IMG/VR virus record: IMGVR_UViG_3300034066_002191
Length of the DNA stretch: 64,000 nucleotides
Source of the DNA: a virus
Direction: 5' to 3' (one strand)
Shown: one piece after another, positions 8,640 through 18,103 of the stretch
How positions within the stretch are numbered: position 1 is the first letter of the stretch
Layout: each line of letters begins with the position of its first letter
Position numbers and translations under genes: made by a program
The notes under the pieces: model-generated
Seen by the model: only the letters and a program-made list of their open reading frames with translations
Databases searched by the model: none
Told to the model about the DNA's origin: nothing

Positions 8640-9323
8640 ATGAAAGTCATTTCTTTTTCGTTATATGGAGATAATCCAAAATACACAATTGGTGCAATAA
8701 AAAATTCCAAACTGAGAGAAAAGTTTTATCCAGATTGGCAAATGAGAGTATATCACAACGACTCTGTGCCCAATTATATATTAGAAGAATTAGGTGCCAA
8801 TAATGTCGTTTTGATCAATACCAAAATAGATCAAGGAGTCTGCAATGCAATGTGGCGCTTTGCTCCTGCATCAGAAGAAGGAGTAGAATGTTTTATTTCG
8901 AGAGATTGTGATTCTCGTTTATTTGAGAGGGATGTTGCTGCTGTAGAAGAATGGCTAGAATCAGATAAAAAGTTTCACATCATTCGAGATCATCCTGGTG
9001 GACATGCCTGGGAAATCAGTGCTGGTATGTGGGGATGTAGAAATAAGTTTATAGAAAACATCCAAGAGAAAATAGAGCAATATATCCAAACAAGTTCTTG
9101 GGTTACCGATAGGGCAGTAGACCAAAGATTTCTACAAGAGATAATTTATCCTCAAGCAATTACAAGTTTATTTCTCCACGACGAATACTTTAATTATGAG
9201 GAAATTGGCACTCCAATCAAAAGAGACCGTAAGTTAGATAACTTTGCCTTTATTGGAGAACCATTTGACGAAGATGATAATCAATTAGAAAATCATCGTG
9301 ACATGATTATTCAAAGATATTGA
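8640..9323 (+). CDS. putative GT-A glycosyltransferase, inverted within the cluster
   Basis: KVISFSLYG, MWRF, SRDCDSR, IIRDHP, AGMWG, DQRFL motifs. Confidence 0.7.
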   Translation: MKVISFSLYGDNPKYTIGAIKNSKLREKFYPDWQMRVYHNDSVPNYILEELGANNVVLINTKIDQGVCNAMWRFAPASEEGVECFISRDCDSRLFERDVAAVEEWLESDKKFHIIRDHPGGHAWEISAGMWGCRNKFIENIQEKIEQYIQTSSWVTDRAVDQRFLQEIIYPQAITSLFLHDEYFNYEEIGTPIKRDRKLDNFAFIGEPFDEDDNQLENHRDMIIQRY

Positions 9324-10018
9324 AGACTTTCTGGGAGAATCTTTTGTCTATAAAGTGAAAGATTTTTCTCATACAACATTTTATCAGATTGATAAGGAAT
9401 AGCAACTTTATTTGCTGGCAAAGAACAAACCTTAATATGCCGTAAATCTTTGACCGTATATCCAAAAGAATATGCACGATAGGACATATCACCATCAGCA
9501 TAATAATATTGGTACTCTGGATTATACATTCCAATTTCTCTGAATATCTTCTTACGATATAATCCATAATTCATCACAATTTCTCCACCAGAATCAGCAA
9601 CATTACATAAACACCATCCAGATGTATGATCTACACCATCCAACCAATCTGGATTTTTAGTTTCATTAAAAGATCCATACTTCCAATTAAAAAGATAAAA
9701 GTCGTGGTTTGATTGTGTTTCAATGACTACTTTTGACCAATCATTACATAAAATCACATCATCGTTCCACTGACATACTATTTCATGAGTTGACTCACGA
9801 ATGCCAATATTCATAAAATGTGGATAAGAACTTCTACCACCAATCTCAATCAATTTGATTTGAGGATGATTGAGTTGTTTAATATAATCTACTGTTCCAT
9901 CAGTGCTTCCGCCATCAACCAACACAAGTTCTAGTCTTTTATCAGAGAGAACTGTATTTGCAATTAGGTCAGGAAGCATCCTTACACGATTTAATGTGCC
10001 AGTTACGATACTAATCAT
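9311..10018 (-). CDS. glycosyltransferase family 2
   Basis: ISIVT, LVDGGSTDGT, NDD. Confidence 0.88.
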   Translation of the reverse strand: MISIVTGTLNRVRMLPDLIANTVLSDKRLELVLVDGGSTDGTVDYIKQLNHPQIKLIEIGGRSSYPHFMNIGIRESTHEIVCQWNDDVILCNDWSKVVIETQSNHDFYLFNWKYGSFNETKNPDWLDGVDHTSGWCLCNVADSGGEIVMNYGLYRKKIFREIGMYNPEYQYYYADGDMSYRAYSFGYTVKDLRHIKVCSLPANKVAIPYQSDKMLYEKNLSLYRQKILPESLQYL

Positions 10019-10788
10019 CTGTTTAAGTAATCTACGAATTCAAAATCATTTATTCCAATTATTAATGCAAGCAAACTAACATTTGAAAAACTGTACAAAA
10101 AGTGACTGCACTTTGAAAGCAAGTAAACGCTAGATAATACTTCCTCATTTACTTGAGAGCGATTTAAGCAATTGTGATGGATTGATTGAGACCCACTACT
10201 AATTTGAAGCGTGTTATCATAAATGATTCTACTACCATATCTATCCAACAAATACTCCAAGTAATATTTGTCGTCTGTTGCAACAAATATTTTTTCTCTG
10301 TCATTGGAATCAATTAGTTCAAAGACCGTTTCAATTTCTATTTCAGGAAGTTCTTCTTTTTTGTCAGTGCCTCTTATTTGAACCCCAAGTGTATCTCCAT
10401 CAATCCCCAATTTAACTCTCTTATTTTCAAATTTCTCTACATACTCATCTTTAATCCTAAGAATATTATTATAAACTTTATTCTTAACTTTTAAATTGTC
10501 TATATTTGCCGGAGTATGGGCATTATATTGTCCTTGATAGATTTGATTCGAAAAATATCTTTCCAACCACCATGACCCGACATTATAAAATTTATTCGAT
10601 TTTGGAGAAATGTTATCGAATAAATTCAATGTTTGACTTTCCACTACTTCGATATTAAAATTATCATTCACAATATAATGCTCCAAAGCCATATCAACAA
10701 TTCCACAAACAATAGAACAAAATCCCTTGTATGGGTAGTTAAATCTAGGATCAGAATATGATATGTAACCAGTTTCAGTCAATTCCAA
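10015..10788 (-). CDS. NodZ/O-fucosyltransferase-like GT-B protein
   Basis: LGVQIRGTDK, IFVATDD, LLSKC..SNVS GDP-fucose-binding motifs. Confidence 0.75.
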   Translation of the reverse strand: MELTETGYISYSDPRFNYPYKGFCSIVCGIVDMALEHYIVNDNFNIEVVESQTLNLFDNISPKSNKFYNVGSWWLERYFSNQIYQGQYNAHTPANIDNLKVKNKVYNNILRIKDEYVEKFENKRVKLGIDGDTLGVQIRGTDKKEELPEIEIETVFELIDSNDREKIFVATDDKYYLEYLLDRYGSRIIYDNTLQISSGSQSIHHNCLNRSQVNEEVLSSVYLLSKCSHFLYSFSNVSLLALIIGINDFEFVDYLNR

Positions 10789-11467
10789 TTACCTCATTAA
10801 GACCTTTGGAATGAATTGATTCTGGATAATTTCTAACATAATTATGCCTATAGATTTTTGGTTTTTCCATCTTATAAGAATTAACCATATCCAAAAACCC
10901 AGTTTGCATCATGTGGATTTCTTCGGCATTTTCAAGTAGTTTAATATAATCAAACATCTTAAATTGGTAATCATTACGAATGATCTTATGTTCATCAGTA
11001 ACTTTATCCATATCGATATTATATCCTCTTTTTAGATCATCCAAAACAAAGATATAATTTTCACCATTAGGGTTTAAAGCCCTACAAACTTCATCTTCCT
11101 TTTCTAAATCTCTTTCAAAATAAAACTCATCAAATCTAATTTGAAAATCAAGACCAGCAAGATGATAAAATGCCTCATCAAAAGTCATTTTTCCCAAACA
11201 GCCATCAAGATTTTCAAATCCAGGTTTGATGAGATTATTTTTGACCGTACTATTGTTTTCGACAAACCTTATAGCATCCTCCTCAACATCAAAATTAAAA
11301 ATTTCTAGATTACTTAGGTCACGATACATATAACTCACATTATCGTAATAATGAGTATAACAAAAAAGTACTACATTATCATATTTTTTACAAAAATGGC
11401 GAACCATACCATTACAAATGATATGGTCACCAAGACCCAAGTGATGATGAATATACTTGAGCGACAT
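10775..11467 (-). CDS. putative GT-B glycosyltransferase
   Basis: HHLGLGDHII N-terminal motif, LLENAEEIH; cluster context. Confidence 0.55.
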   Translation of the reverse strand: MSLKYIHHHLGLGDHIICNGMVRHFCKKYDNVVLFCYTHYYDNVSYMYRDLSNLEIFNFDVEEDAIRFVENNSTVKNNLIKPGFENLDGCLGKMTFDEAFYHLAGLDFQIRFDEFYFERDLEKEDEVCRALNPNGENYIFVLDDLKRGYNIDMDKVTDEHKIIRNDYQFKMFDYIKLLENAEEIHMMQTGFLDMVNSYKMEKPKIYRHNYVRNYPESIHSKGLNEVIGID

Positions 11468-11468
11468 A

Positions 11469-11813
11469 TCACTCAACTCCCTTATATAGTTTTACAGAGT
11501 CCTCACGGAGAATTCTTCCCGTTGCGATAGCATCATCCACAAGAAGATTAACTGCTTGCACAAGACGAGGACGCTTTACTTTAAAGCAAATATCAATCTT
11601 ACGCTTCAATTCGGCAATTTCAGTGTCAGTCTTTGCTTCTTGAATTGCATCTTCCAGCATCCACATACGAGTATGAAGAATTGAAAGTTTCTCAATCACT
11701 TCACCAAGATTATCTGTTTCGATGTATTCAACATTAGGAAGTTCTTTGCGCGAAAGAACCTCATCAATTGTTTCTTTGATACATTCATCAATTAAATCGC
11801 CAAACTTACTCAT
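11469..11813 (-). CDS. helical hypothetical protein (DUF4254-like)
   Basis: GEVIEKLSIL..MWMLED..R motif; in the sugar operon. Confidence 0.55.
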   Translation of the reverse strand: MSKFGDLIDECIKETIDEVLSRKELPNVEYIETDNLGEVIEKLSILHTRMWMLEDAIQEAKTDTEIAELKRKIDICFKVKRPRLVQAVNLLVDDAIATGRILREDSVKLYKGVE

Positions 11814-12982
11814 AATTCTCCCAACATAGTTTCTAGTAAATTCATATCTTTGTTTGAAACAAATTGATTGTTTCCGATGTAGACTCCATTTTCATGTATG
11901 ATATCTACATTTAAATTTTCGGTTTTACCACTAATACCATAAACATTAAGATATGGTTGTCTTAATAGATTACCACCAACAACAGGTCGGTATTCGATCT
12001 TATATTCGTTCAATAAAGAAATAAGTTTAGACTTGATTTCCTTTGTTTTACAAATGAAAGGGAAACAAAAACAACTGTTTCCTTCATTATACACTATTGG
12101 GTAGAAATTGTCTTTATTTTTCGGAGAAGACATGATTTCTATAAACCGATAATAAGTCTTATCTCTATTTTCAATGAACTTATCCAGTCTCTTAAGTTGA
12201 GATAACCCTAAAACTGCACCAAACTCAGTATTTCTAAAGTTATATCCATCGCTCACAAATAGAAAAGACTTTTCTATTTCAGGATTCCGATTTTGATAGT
12301 ATTTGAATTGTTCAGAAACTCTTGCAAGACCATGAGATCTCTTCATTTTCATCAAGTCATATAATTCCCAACTATTAGTAGAAATCATACCACCTTCTAC
12401 TGTAGACATATGATGCCCAAAGTAAAAACTAAAAGTAGCACCAAGACTAGTTTTACCTATCTTATTTCCACTTTTATCGAGGCATCCATGCGATTCACAA
12501 ACATCATCTATGAACAACGCATCAGGAAATACTTTACGATACTCTTCAATTTCAGCAGGGATACCTAATAAATGAGTCACAAATACTAGTTTGATATCAG
12601 GGTGGATCTCGGCAATAGTTTTAAGATTATCCAAATCAAAACTATAATTTTCAAGATTCACATCACAGAAAATTGGTGTAAGTCCTAGTTGAATGATCGG
12701 ATTAATATTTGTAACCCAAGTACAGGAAGGGACTAATACTTTATCGCCTTTCTTTAGTCCATAATTTTCTATAATAGAAGAAACTAATAAAAAGTTTGCA
12801 GTACTTCCTGAAGTTACAAACAAAGAATATCTACATCCCAACCATTTAGACCACTCTTTTTCAAATCGCTCAACATTTTTACCTTGAGTAAATTTGTCGG
12901 AAGTTAAAACAAATTTAGCAAGTTGAAATCTATCCCACAAAGAGATAGAGTTTTTCATAAGTGGCCACTTATAGTCGGACAT
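11810..12982 (-). CDS. ColD-like GDP-4-keto-6-deoxymannose 3-dehydratase (DegT/DnrJ fold)
   Basis: SGSTAN, DDVCES, FSFYFGHHMSTVEGG (His at the usual PLP-Lys position), RPVVGGN. Confidence 0.8.
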   Translation of the reverse strand: MSDYKWPLMKNSISLWDRFQLAKFVLTSDKFTQGKNVERFEKEWSKWLGCRYSLFVTSGSTANFLLVSSIIENYGLKKGDKVLVPSCTWVTNINPIIQLGLTPIFCDVNLENYSFDLDNLKTIAEIHPDIKLVFVTHLLGIPAEIEEYRKVFPDALFIDDVCESHGCLDKSGNKIGKTSLGATFSFYFGHHMSTVEGGMISTNSWELYDLMKMKRSHGLARVSEQFKYYQNRNPEIEKSFLFVSDGYNFRNTEFGAVLGLSQLKRLDKFIENRDKTYYRFIEIMSSPKNKDNFYPIVYNEGNSCFCFPFICKTKEIKSKLISLLNEYKIEYRPVVGGNLLRQPYLNVYGISGKTENLNVDIIHENGVYIGNNQFVSNKDMNLLETMLGEL

Positions 12983-13913
12983 AATTACTCCTATTTTTTA
13001 GGAACCAATCAATTGTAATCTTCAAACCATCTTCAAGTGAGGTTTTTGATTTCCACCCTAGAGAACTCATCTTCGATGTATCAAGTGCTCTACGAGGAGT
13101 ACCATTTGGCTTACTGGTATCCCAGATTAACTCACCATCATACCCAACAAGTCTTGCAACGATCTCAGATAGTTCCTTAATACTTACTTCTCTCTCAGGT
13201 CCAATATTAATAATTTCTGGGTCTTCGTAATTATCCATCAGAAAAACAAGACCATCTGCAAGATCATCAGAGAAAAGAAACTCTCTAGTCGGACTACCAT
13301 CACCAAAGCAGACAACATTCTCATTTCCAGAGTCTTTTGCTGTAACAAACTTATTAATAAAACTTGGAATTACATGACACTGTTCAATGATAAAATTGTC
13401 ATTGATACCGTAAAGATTATTGGGCATAACAGATACAGTGGAAAATCCATACTGATCTGTATATTTTTTACACATCATATACCCAGCAATTTTTGCTAGT
13501 GAATATGCAATGTTTGTTTCTTCGAGAGGTCCAGTCATCAAATATTCTTCTCTGATTGGAACTGGAGCATGTTTAGGATAAATGCAAGCAGATCCCAAAA
13601 ATAGCAGCTTTTTGCAGCCATTACGATATGCAGCATCAATTACATTTGTTTGTATCTGCAAATTTTCTCGAATAAAATCGGCAGGAATCGCTTTATTGTA
13701 ACCAATGCCACCTACCTTTGCTGCGCCCAAAAAAACATAATCTGGTCTTTCTTCAGCAAAAAAATCATCAACATCTTTCTGAATTCTTAAATCTAATTGT
13801 GCCCTAGAACGAGTCAAAAGATTTGTATGTCCATTAGATAATAGTTGTCTCGAAATTGCAGATCCTACAAGACCTCTATGCCCTGCAATAAAAATTTTAG
13901 AATCAATTTCCAT
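12969..13913 (-). CDS. fcl: GDP-L-fucose synthase (Fcl/WcaG; may act as ColC)
   Basis: [33 protein letters not shown]. Confidence 0.93.
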   Translation of the reverse strand: MEIDSKIFIAGHRGLVGSAISRQLLSNGHTNLLTRSRAQLDLRIQKDVDDFFAEERPDYVFLGAAKVGGIGYNKAIPADFIRENLQIQTNVIDAAYRNGCKKLLFLGSACIYPKHAPVPIREEYLMTGPLEETNIAYSLAKIAGYMMCKKYTDQYGFSTVSVMPNNLYGINDNFIIEQCHVIPSFINKFVTAKDSGNENVVCFGDGSPTREFLFSDDLADGLVFLMDNYEDPEIINIGPEREVSIKELSEIVARLVGYDGELIWDTSKPNGTPRRALDTSKMSSLGWKSKTSLEDGLKITIDWFLKNRSNYVRL

Positions 13914-14910
13914 TAATACACATATCCTCAACTAATTGTTTAAAAGAAGTTTTAGGTTTCCAACCTAGAACTTCTTTTGCTTTCGTAGCATCACCTAATA
14001 AAGTCTCTACTTCAGCAGGTCGAAAATATTTAGGATTGACTGCGATAACCATATTACCACTATTCGTGTCATATCCTACTTCATCAAGACCTTCTCCATA
14101 CCAAGCAATCTTCATGTTAAAATAAGGTGCTGCCTCTTCGACAAATTGCCTAACTGAATATTGTTCTCCGGTAGCAATTACATAATCATCTGGTGTATCC
14201 TGTTGGAGCATTAGCCACATTGCCTCTACAAAGTCTTTAGCATGTCCCCAATCGCGCTTAGCATTTAAATTCCCGAGATGAAGTATATCTTGCTTCCCAG
14301 TTGAAATGCGTGATAATCCTCTAGTGATTTTTCTTGTGACAAAAGTTTCTCCTCTTCTAGGGGATTCGTGATTGAAAAGAATTCCAGAATTTGCGTGTAA
14401 TCCATATGATTCTCGGTAGTTCTTGACGATCCAGTATCCATAAAGTTTTGCGACTCCATACGGCGAACGAGGGTAAAATGGTGTTGTTTCTTTTTGTGGT
14501 ATTTCTTGAACTAATCCATATAGTTCTGATGTAGATGCTTGGTAAATTCTTGTTTTCTTTTCCATTCCAAGGAGACGGACAGCTTCAAGGATACGAAGTG
14601 TTCCTAACCCATCTACCATGCCTGTGTATTCTGGCATTTCAAAAGACACCTTTACATGACTTTGGGCACCCAAGTTATAAATTTCATCAGGCTGTACATT
14701 TTGTATGATTCTCACAAGATTGGTAGAATCAGTAAGGTCACCATAATGGAGAGTAATAGAACCATAGATATGATCAATACGGTGAGTATTAATAAGGGAT
14801 GCTCGTCGGACAATGCCATGAACTTCATAACCTTTTTCAAGTAGTAATTCTGCGAGATACGACCCATCTTGACCTGTGATTCCAGTACAGAGAGCAATTT
14901 TTTTAGTCAT
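13903..14910 (-). CDS. gmd: GDP-mannose 4,6-dehydratase
   Basis: [41 protein letters not shown]. Confidence 0.97.
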   Translation of the reverse strand: MTKKIALCTGITGQDGSYLAELLLEKGYEVHGIVRRASLINTHRIDHIYGSITLHYGDLTDSTNLVRIIQNVQPDEIYNLGAQSHVKVSFEMPEYTGMVDGLGTLRILEAVRLLGMEKKTRIYQASTSELYGLVQEIPQKETTPFYPRSPYGVAKLYGYWIVKNYRESYGLHANSGILFNHESPRRGETFVTRKITRGLSRISTGKQDILHLGNLNAKRDWGHAKDFVEAMWLMLQQDTPDDYVIATGEQYSVRQFVEEAAPYFNMKIAWYGEGLDEVGYDTNSGNMVIAVNPKYFRPAEVETLLGDATKAKEVLGWKPKTSFKQLVEDMCINGN

Positions 14911-14969
14911 TTAATATAAAACCTCAGTAATGTCTAAATGCATATGTTGTTGTTTTTTTGTTTGCATTC

Positions 14970-15311
14970 CTATGTCCTTCCATATGCGTCTTCAATCCTA
15001 ACAATGTCTTCTTCATTGCATATTTTTCCAAGTTGGACTTCTACAATCATTATACCATCATTTCCACCAGAAATGCGATGTTTGGTTAAAACTGGAATAA
15101 AAACATAATCTCCAACTTTTATATTTTTAGTTTCTTCGTTTAATTCTAGTTTACCACCACCAGAAACTACAACCCAGTGCTCATCTCTTTGATTATGATA
15201 TTGCAAAGATATTTTTTGATTTGGATAGATATAGAGTCTTTTTACCTTGTATTCTTCGTTTTCTTTTAGATTTTCATACCAACCCCAAGGTCTATCAAAT
15301 CTATCTGTCAT
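14970..15311 (-). CDS. type II mannose-6-phosphate isomerase cupin domain
   Basis: RPWGWY, SLQYH..RDEHWVVV, EVQLG..EEDIVRIED.YGR. Confidence 0.9.
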   Translation of the reverse strand: MTDRFDRPWGWYENLKENEEYKVKRLYIYPNQKISLQYHNQRDEHWVVVSGGGKLELNEETKNIKVGDYVFIPVLTKHRISGGNDGIMIVEVQLGKICNEEDIVRIEDAYGRT

Positions 15312-16132
15312 ACTTCACAATTCGTAAAGTCTACTTGGCCGTTTCTAGTTGCCCAAATTGGATATTCTTTACCATAAGTATTCCAGATCCTAGCTTGTTC
15401 TGGTCCAACTGGAACTCCACTCATCCCAGCAGCATTCCAAATAGTTTCATAAGTATCATCCTCATGGAAAGTAAAATCATGTTCTTCAGACTTAATTTTC
15501 AATAAAAGAGAGAGGATCGATTGATCGTGTCTATGTTCTCTGAAAATCTCATTATTTGTCAATTTCGATGGACTATCATCTAGATATCTCCCATCATCTT
15601 TGACACAAATTGACATCCATTTTTCAACTAAATCTCGAATCATTTGAGTGTTTTTCAAAAAGAAAATTCCAGAAATTATTTGTTTTGTCATAAAATGTTC
15701 ATCGTCATCTCCCATAATATGACAATAAGTATCCATTTTTGTCCATTGAATTTCAGGTAAATTCAAAGTAAAAAACACTCCTTCAGTATCAATACATTCA
15801 TCATAATACTGATTCAATTTCACCAATCCATTTTTATTCAATTCACAACCAGAATCAACATACAATAGAATATCATTTTCTGGGATACTTTTTAGAGCCT
15901 CCAAAACAAAATAGGGTTTACATGCATAATATCCATAGTATCTCTGGTTTAATCCAGAACGAAGAGACATCATTGGTTTTATATGATTGTACCAAAAAGA
16001 ATTGTTCTCCAAGTCATCTTCCCCATATTCAAGTATTGACTTAAATATTCCAAAATTTTTTGCTTGATTTTTGATTCTCTTCTTTCCTATAGAAAAATTA
16101 TTATCCCCAAAATAAGTTAAGTGCAAATTCAT
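15308..16132 (-). CDS. putative glycosyltransferase-like protein
   Basis: KPY, LLYVDSGC, EHRHDQSILSLL motifs. Confidence 0.65.
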   Translation of the reverse strand: MNLHLTYFGDNNFSIGKKRIKNQAKNFGIFKSILEYGEDDLENNSFWYNHIKPMMSLRSGLNQRYYGYYACKPYFVLEALKSIPENDILLYVDSGCELNKNGLVKLNQYYDECIDTEGVFFTLNLPEIQWTKMDTYCHIMGDDDEHFMTKQIISGIFFLKNTQMIRDLVEKWMSICVKDDGRYLDDSPSKLTNNEIFREHRHDQSILSLLLKIKSEEHDFTFHEDDTYETIWNAAGMSGVPVGPEQARIWNTYGKEYPIWATRNGQVDFTNCEV

Positions 16133-16158
16133 ATGGCAGTAATCACTGATTCATACGC

Positions 16159-16193
16159 ATTATACCAAAAAAGAGGAGTTGTTGTCAACTCCT
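16159..16193 (-). promoter_or_regulatory. sigma70 promoter embedded in a terminator hairpin, heading the glycosylation island
   Basis: GAGGAGTTGacaaCAACTCCTC + U6; TTGACA-N18-TATAAT. Confidence 0.75.
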
Positions 16194-16199
16194 CCATCA

Positions 16200-16615
16200 G
16201 GTCTGCCATGCACGCCACCAATTCTTTAACTGGAAATTGGAAACCAGGCGGGAGTAACCTCCACATCCGCACCAGTCGTCATATTTAATGTCCATACGAC
16301 GAGGACAATTTTGGGTCACAATTGGCTCCACCACTTAGTTTTGAGAAACTAAGAAAAGTTGTGCTAATTTACTCAATTCAATCATACTAAAGAAAACACA
16401 TAATAACAACATATCCCATAATCTAAATTTAATTACAAAAGGAACAATAAGTAGTCCCCCAATAAACTTCAATAATAGACCACTTTTGAAATCTCCCCAT
16501 AACATAATTTGATAACCAATAATGAGAAAAAGATTTCCAAGGTACCTAAGAACACTAGTTTTAGACATAAGGGAAGCACTCCGACCAGGGCAAGTTTTAA
16601 GTCATTCCGAGACTA
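16200..16615 (-). ncRNA. cyanophage manA/wcaG-like structured RNA (tandem pseudoknot modules), interrupted by an ORF
   Basis: Four stem/pseudoknot modules each followed by UGGY(G/C); upstream of PMI/gmd/wcaG and near tRNAs, the known context of manA/wcaG motifs; family name from memory. Confidence 0.6.
16335..16568 (-). CDS. small membrane protein (about 3 TM)
   Basis: 77-aa hydrophobic ORF. Confidence 0.7.
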   Translation of the reverse strand: MSKTSVLRYLGNLFLIIGYQIMLWGDFKSGLLLKFIGGLLIVPFVIKFRLWDMLLLCVFFSMIELSKLAQLFLVSQN

Positions 16616-16619
16616 TTTA

Positions 16620-16844
16620 CTATGCAGGAACATCGACTTGAAGATCTTCACAAAGAAGGCTCAAAATTAACTCATAATCAGCTTCCGATTCCTGATAAAA
16701 CTGAATTCCTTGCTCTTCATAAAACTTTTTAACTTTCTTGAAGAGTTTTGGTTGATCATATTCTAGATCAATTTCTCGGTTTGCGGCACGAGTAAGAGTA
16801 TAAATTGATTTGCGAAACTTTGAATTGAAAGGATGATTAGACAT
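16620..16844 (-). CDS. hypothetical protein
   Basis: ORF from MSNHPF; TTGACA-N17-TATAAT promoter at 16895-16867. Confidence 0.7.
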   Translation of the reverse strand: MSNHPFNSKFRKSIYTLTRAANREIDLEYDQPKLFKKVKKFYEEQGIQFYQESEADYELILSLLCEDLQVDVPA

Positions 16845-16917
16845 TAGTTGAATTTGATTCGTTCCTATTATAAGATAGAATTGGTGGGATGTCAAGAGAA
16901 AATCAGATTAACAAATC

Positions 16918-17130
16918 TTATGATGCTTCCTCATGATCCGTATGAATTCTGATAAGATCGTCATCAGAACAAGTTCCACCAAATACTTCTACCATTTCAT
17001 TATATGGAACCATAATTGCATTTCCATGCTCACTTGTTATAATTAATGATTCACCATTTTCTACTCTTTCCATCAAATAGTCAAAATCAGATTGAAATTC
17101 TTCTACTGTAAATGATTGAAGTTCTGCCAT
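16918..17130 (-). CDS. Phd/YefM-like antitoxin-fold protein
   Basis: FTVEEFQSDFDYLMERVENGESLIIT..GNAIMVP pattern. Confidence 0.6.
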   Translation of the reverse strand: MAELQSFTVEEFQSDFDYLMERVENGESLIITSEHGNAIMVPYNEMVEVFGGTCSDDDLIRIHTDHEEAS

Positions 17131-17174
17131 TTTTATGAAATTAAATTTACACAGATTAGGTAACAAATTCCTAA

Positions 17175-17250
17175 TCCGGATACTCAGATTTGAACTGAGA
17201 TTATTCCTGCTCCCAAAGCAGGTGCCATGACCAAGTTAGGCGATATCCGG
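17175..17250 (-). tRNA. tRNA-Pro(UGG)
   Basis: CCTGC-TT-TGG-GA-GCAGG anticodon arm, TTCAAAT T-loop, 7-bp acceptor. Confidence 0.92.
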
Positions 17251-17259
17251 GAATTTAAG

Positions 17260-17376
17260 CTATTTATTATTTGAGTGTATGAACATAATACCAAAGATAG
17301 GAACCATTGTCAAGAGAAAACAAAGAGTTCCTAAAAATAGACTATTGTTTAATAGTGTTCCAATCAGATGTCCCAT
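17260..17376 (-). CDS. small membrane peptide (38 aa)
   Basis: Translated by hand: MGHLIGTLLNNSLFLGTLCFLLTMVPIFGIMFIH. Confidence 0.55.
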   Translation of the reverse strand: MGHLIGTLLNNSLFLGTLCFLLTMVPIFGIMFIHSNNK

Positions 17377-17486
17377 TCTTCTTTTTCGTCTTCATAAGTA
17401 CATGGTTCTTCAAAGAGTTCAATCATTTTTTGCTGTAGAACTCTGTGTTGCAATTTTTCTATATCTTCTTCTGTTAATTTAATCAC
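17364..17486 (-). CDS. hypothetical protein (40 aa)
   Basis: Translated by hand; GTG start coupled to the upstream stop. Confidence 0.5.
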   Translation of the reverse strand: MIKLTEEDIEKLQHRVLQQKMIELFEEPCTYEDEKEEWDI

Positions 17487-17641
17487 TTATATTTGCCTTC
17501 TCCTCCAAGAAATTTTTCTAGTGGATCTTTTCTTGTTTTTGATATTTCCACGGCTCTTTTATAAAACATATTATCTGTATTACCAGAAGCTTCGAATGTG
17601 GCTTTTATTTTTAACCAATTTTCGTATGTCCGTTGATCCAT
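17483..17641 (-). CDS. hypothetical protein (52 aa, MDQRTYENWLKIK...)
   Basis: Translated by hand; TTGACA-N16-TATAAT upstream (17692-17665). Confidence 0.65.
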   Translation of the reverse strand: MDQRTYENWLKIKATFEASGNTDNMFYKRAVEISKTRKDPLEKFLGGEGKYK

Positions 17642-17709
17642 TAGAATATATCATATTATCACTAATTATAATTGGTAAATTCTCAGTGTCAACCATATGT
17701 CACGAAATC

Positions 17710-18081
17710 TTAATAACCGTGATTGGTAATAGTTTTCGTGTACTTCCTTAAAATCTCTCCGGCTCTAGAATTTGCTTCATTTTCGCATTCACTTCCGGTT
17801 TCTCCGCTCATTTCTTTTCCACTTTGTTTTTGATGATAATGTACAAGTTCATGCGCAAGAGTCCTATAGACATCTAATGGATGTCTCTGTGAAGTCTGAA
17901 TTTTGATTTCGTCCGTGCCAAGATTAAAACAACCAAAAGTCTTATTGTCAATAGAGAACTTGGGGTCATCTATTACAATAACTTTTGGTAAAGTAGATAA
18001 CCCAAGTTCATCCTTGACAAAATTCATAAAATCTTTAACCTGAACTTTTTTTGATTCAGTAAGAAACTCTTTAAATCTCAT
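17710..18081 (-). CDS. HExxH zinc-metallopeptidase-like late protein
   Basis: TLAHELVH, ENEAN; ATAAATA upstream; MRFKEFLTE N-terminus. Confidence 0.75.
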   Translation of the reverse strand: MRFKEFLTESKKVQVKDFMNFVKDELGLSTLPKVIVIDDPKFSIDNKTFGCFNLGTDEIKIQTSQRHPLDVYRTLAHELVHYHQKQSGKEMSGETGSECENEANSRAGEILRKYTKTITNHGY

Positions 18082-18103
18082 GAGTTTTTTATGTATTTAT
18101 GAA

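Noticed and set aside
14911-14967. 18-aa ORF (MQTKKQQHMHLDITEVLY) abutting the gmd start
   Set aside because: Too short to support; could be chance or a gene remnant.
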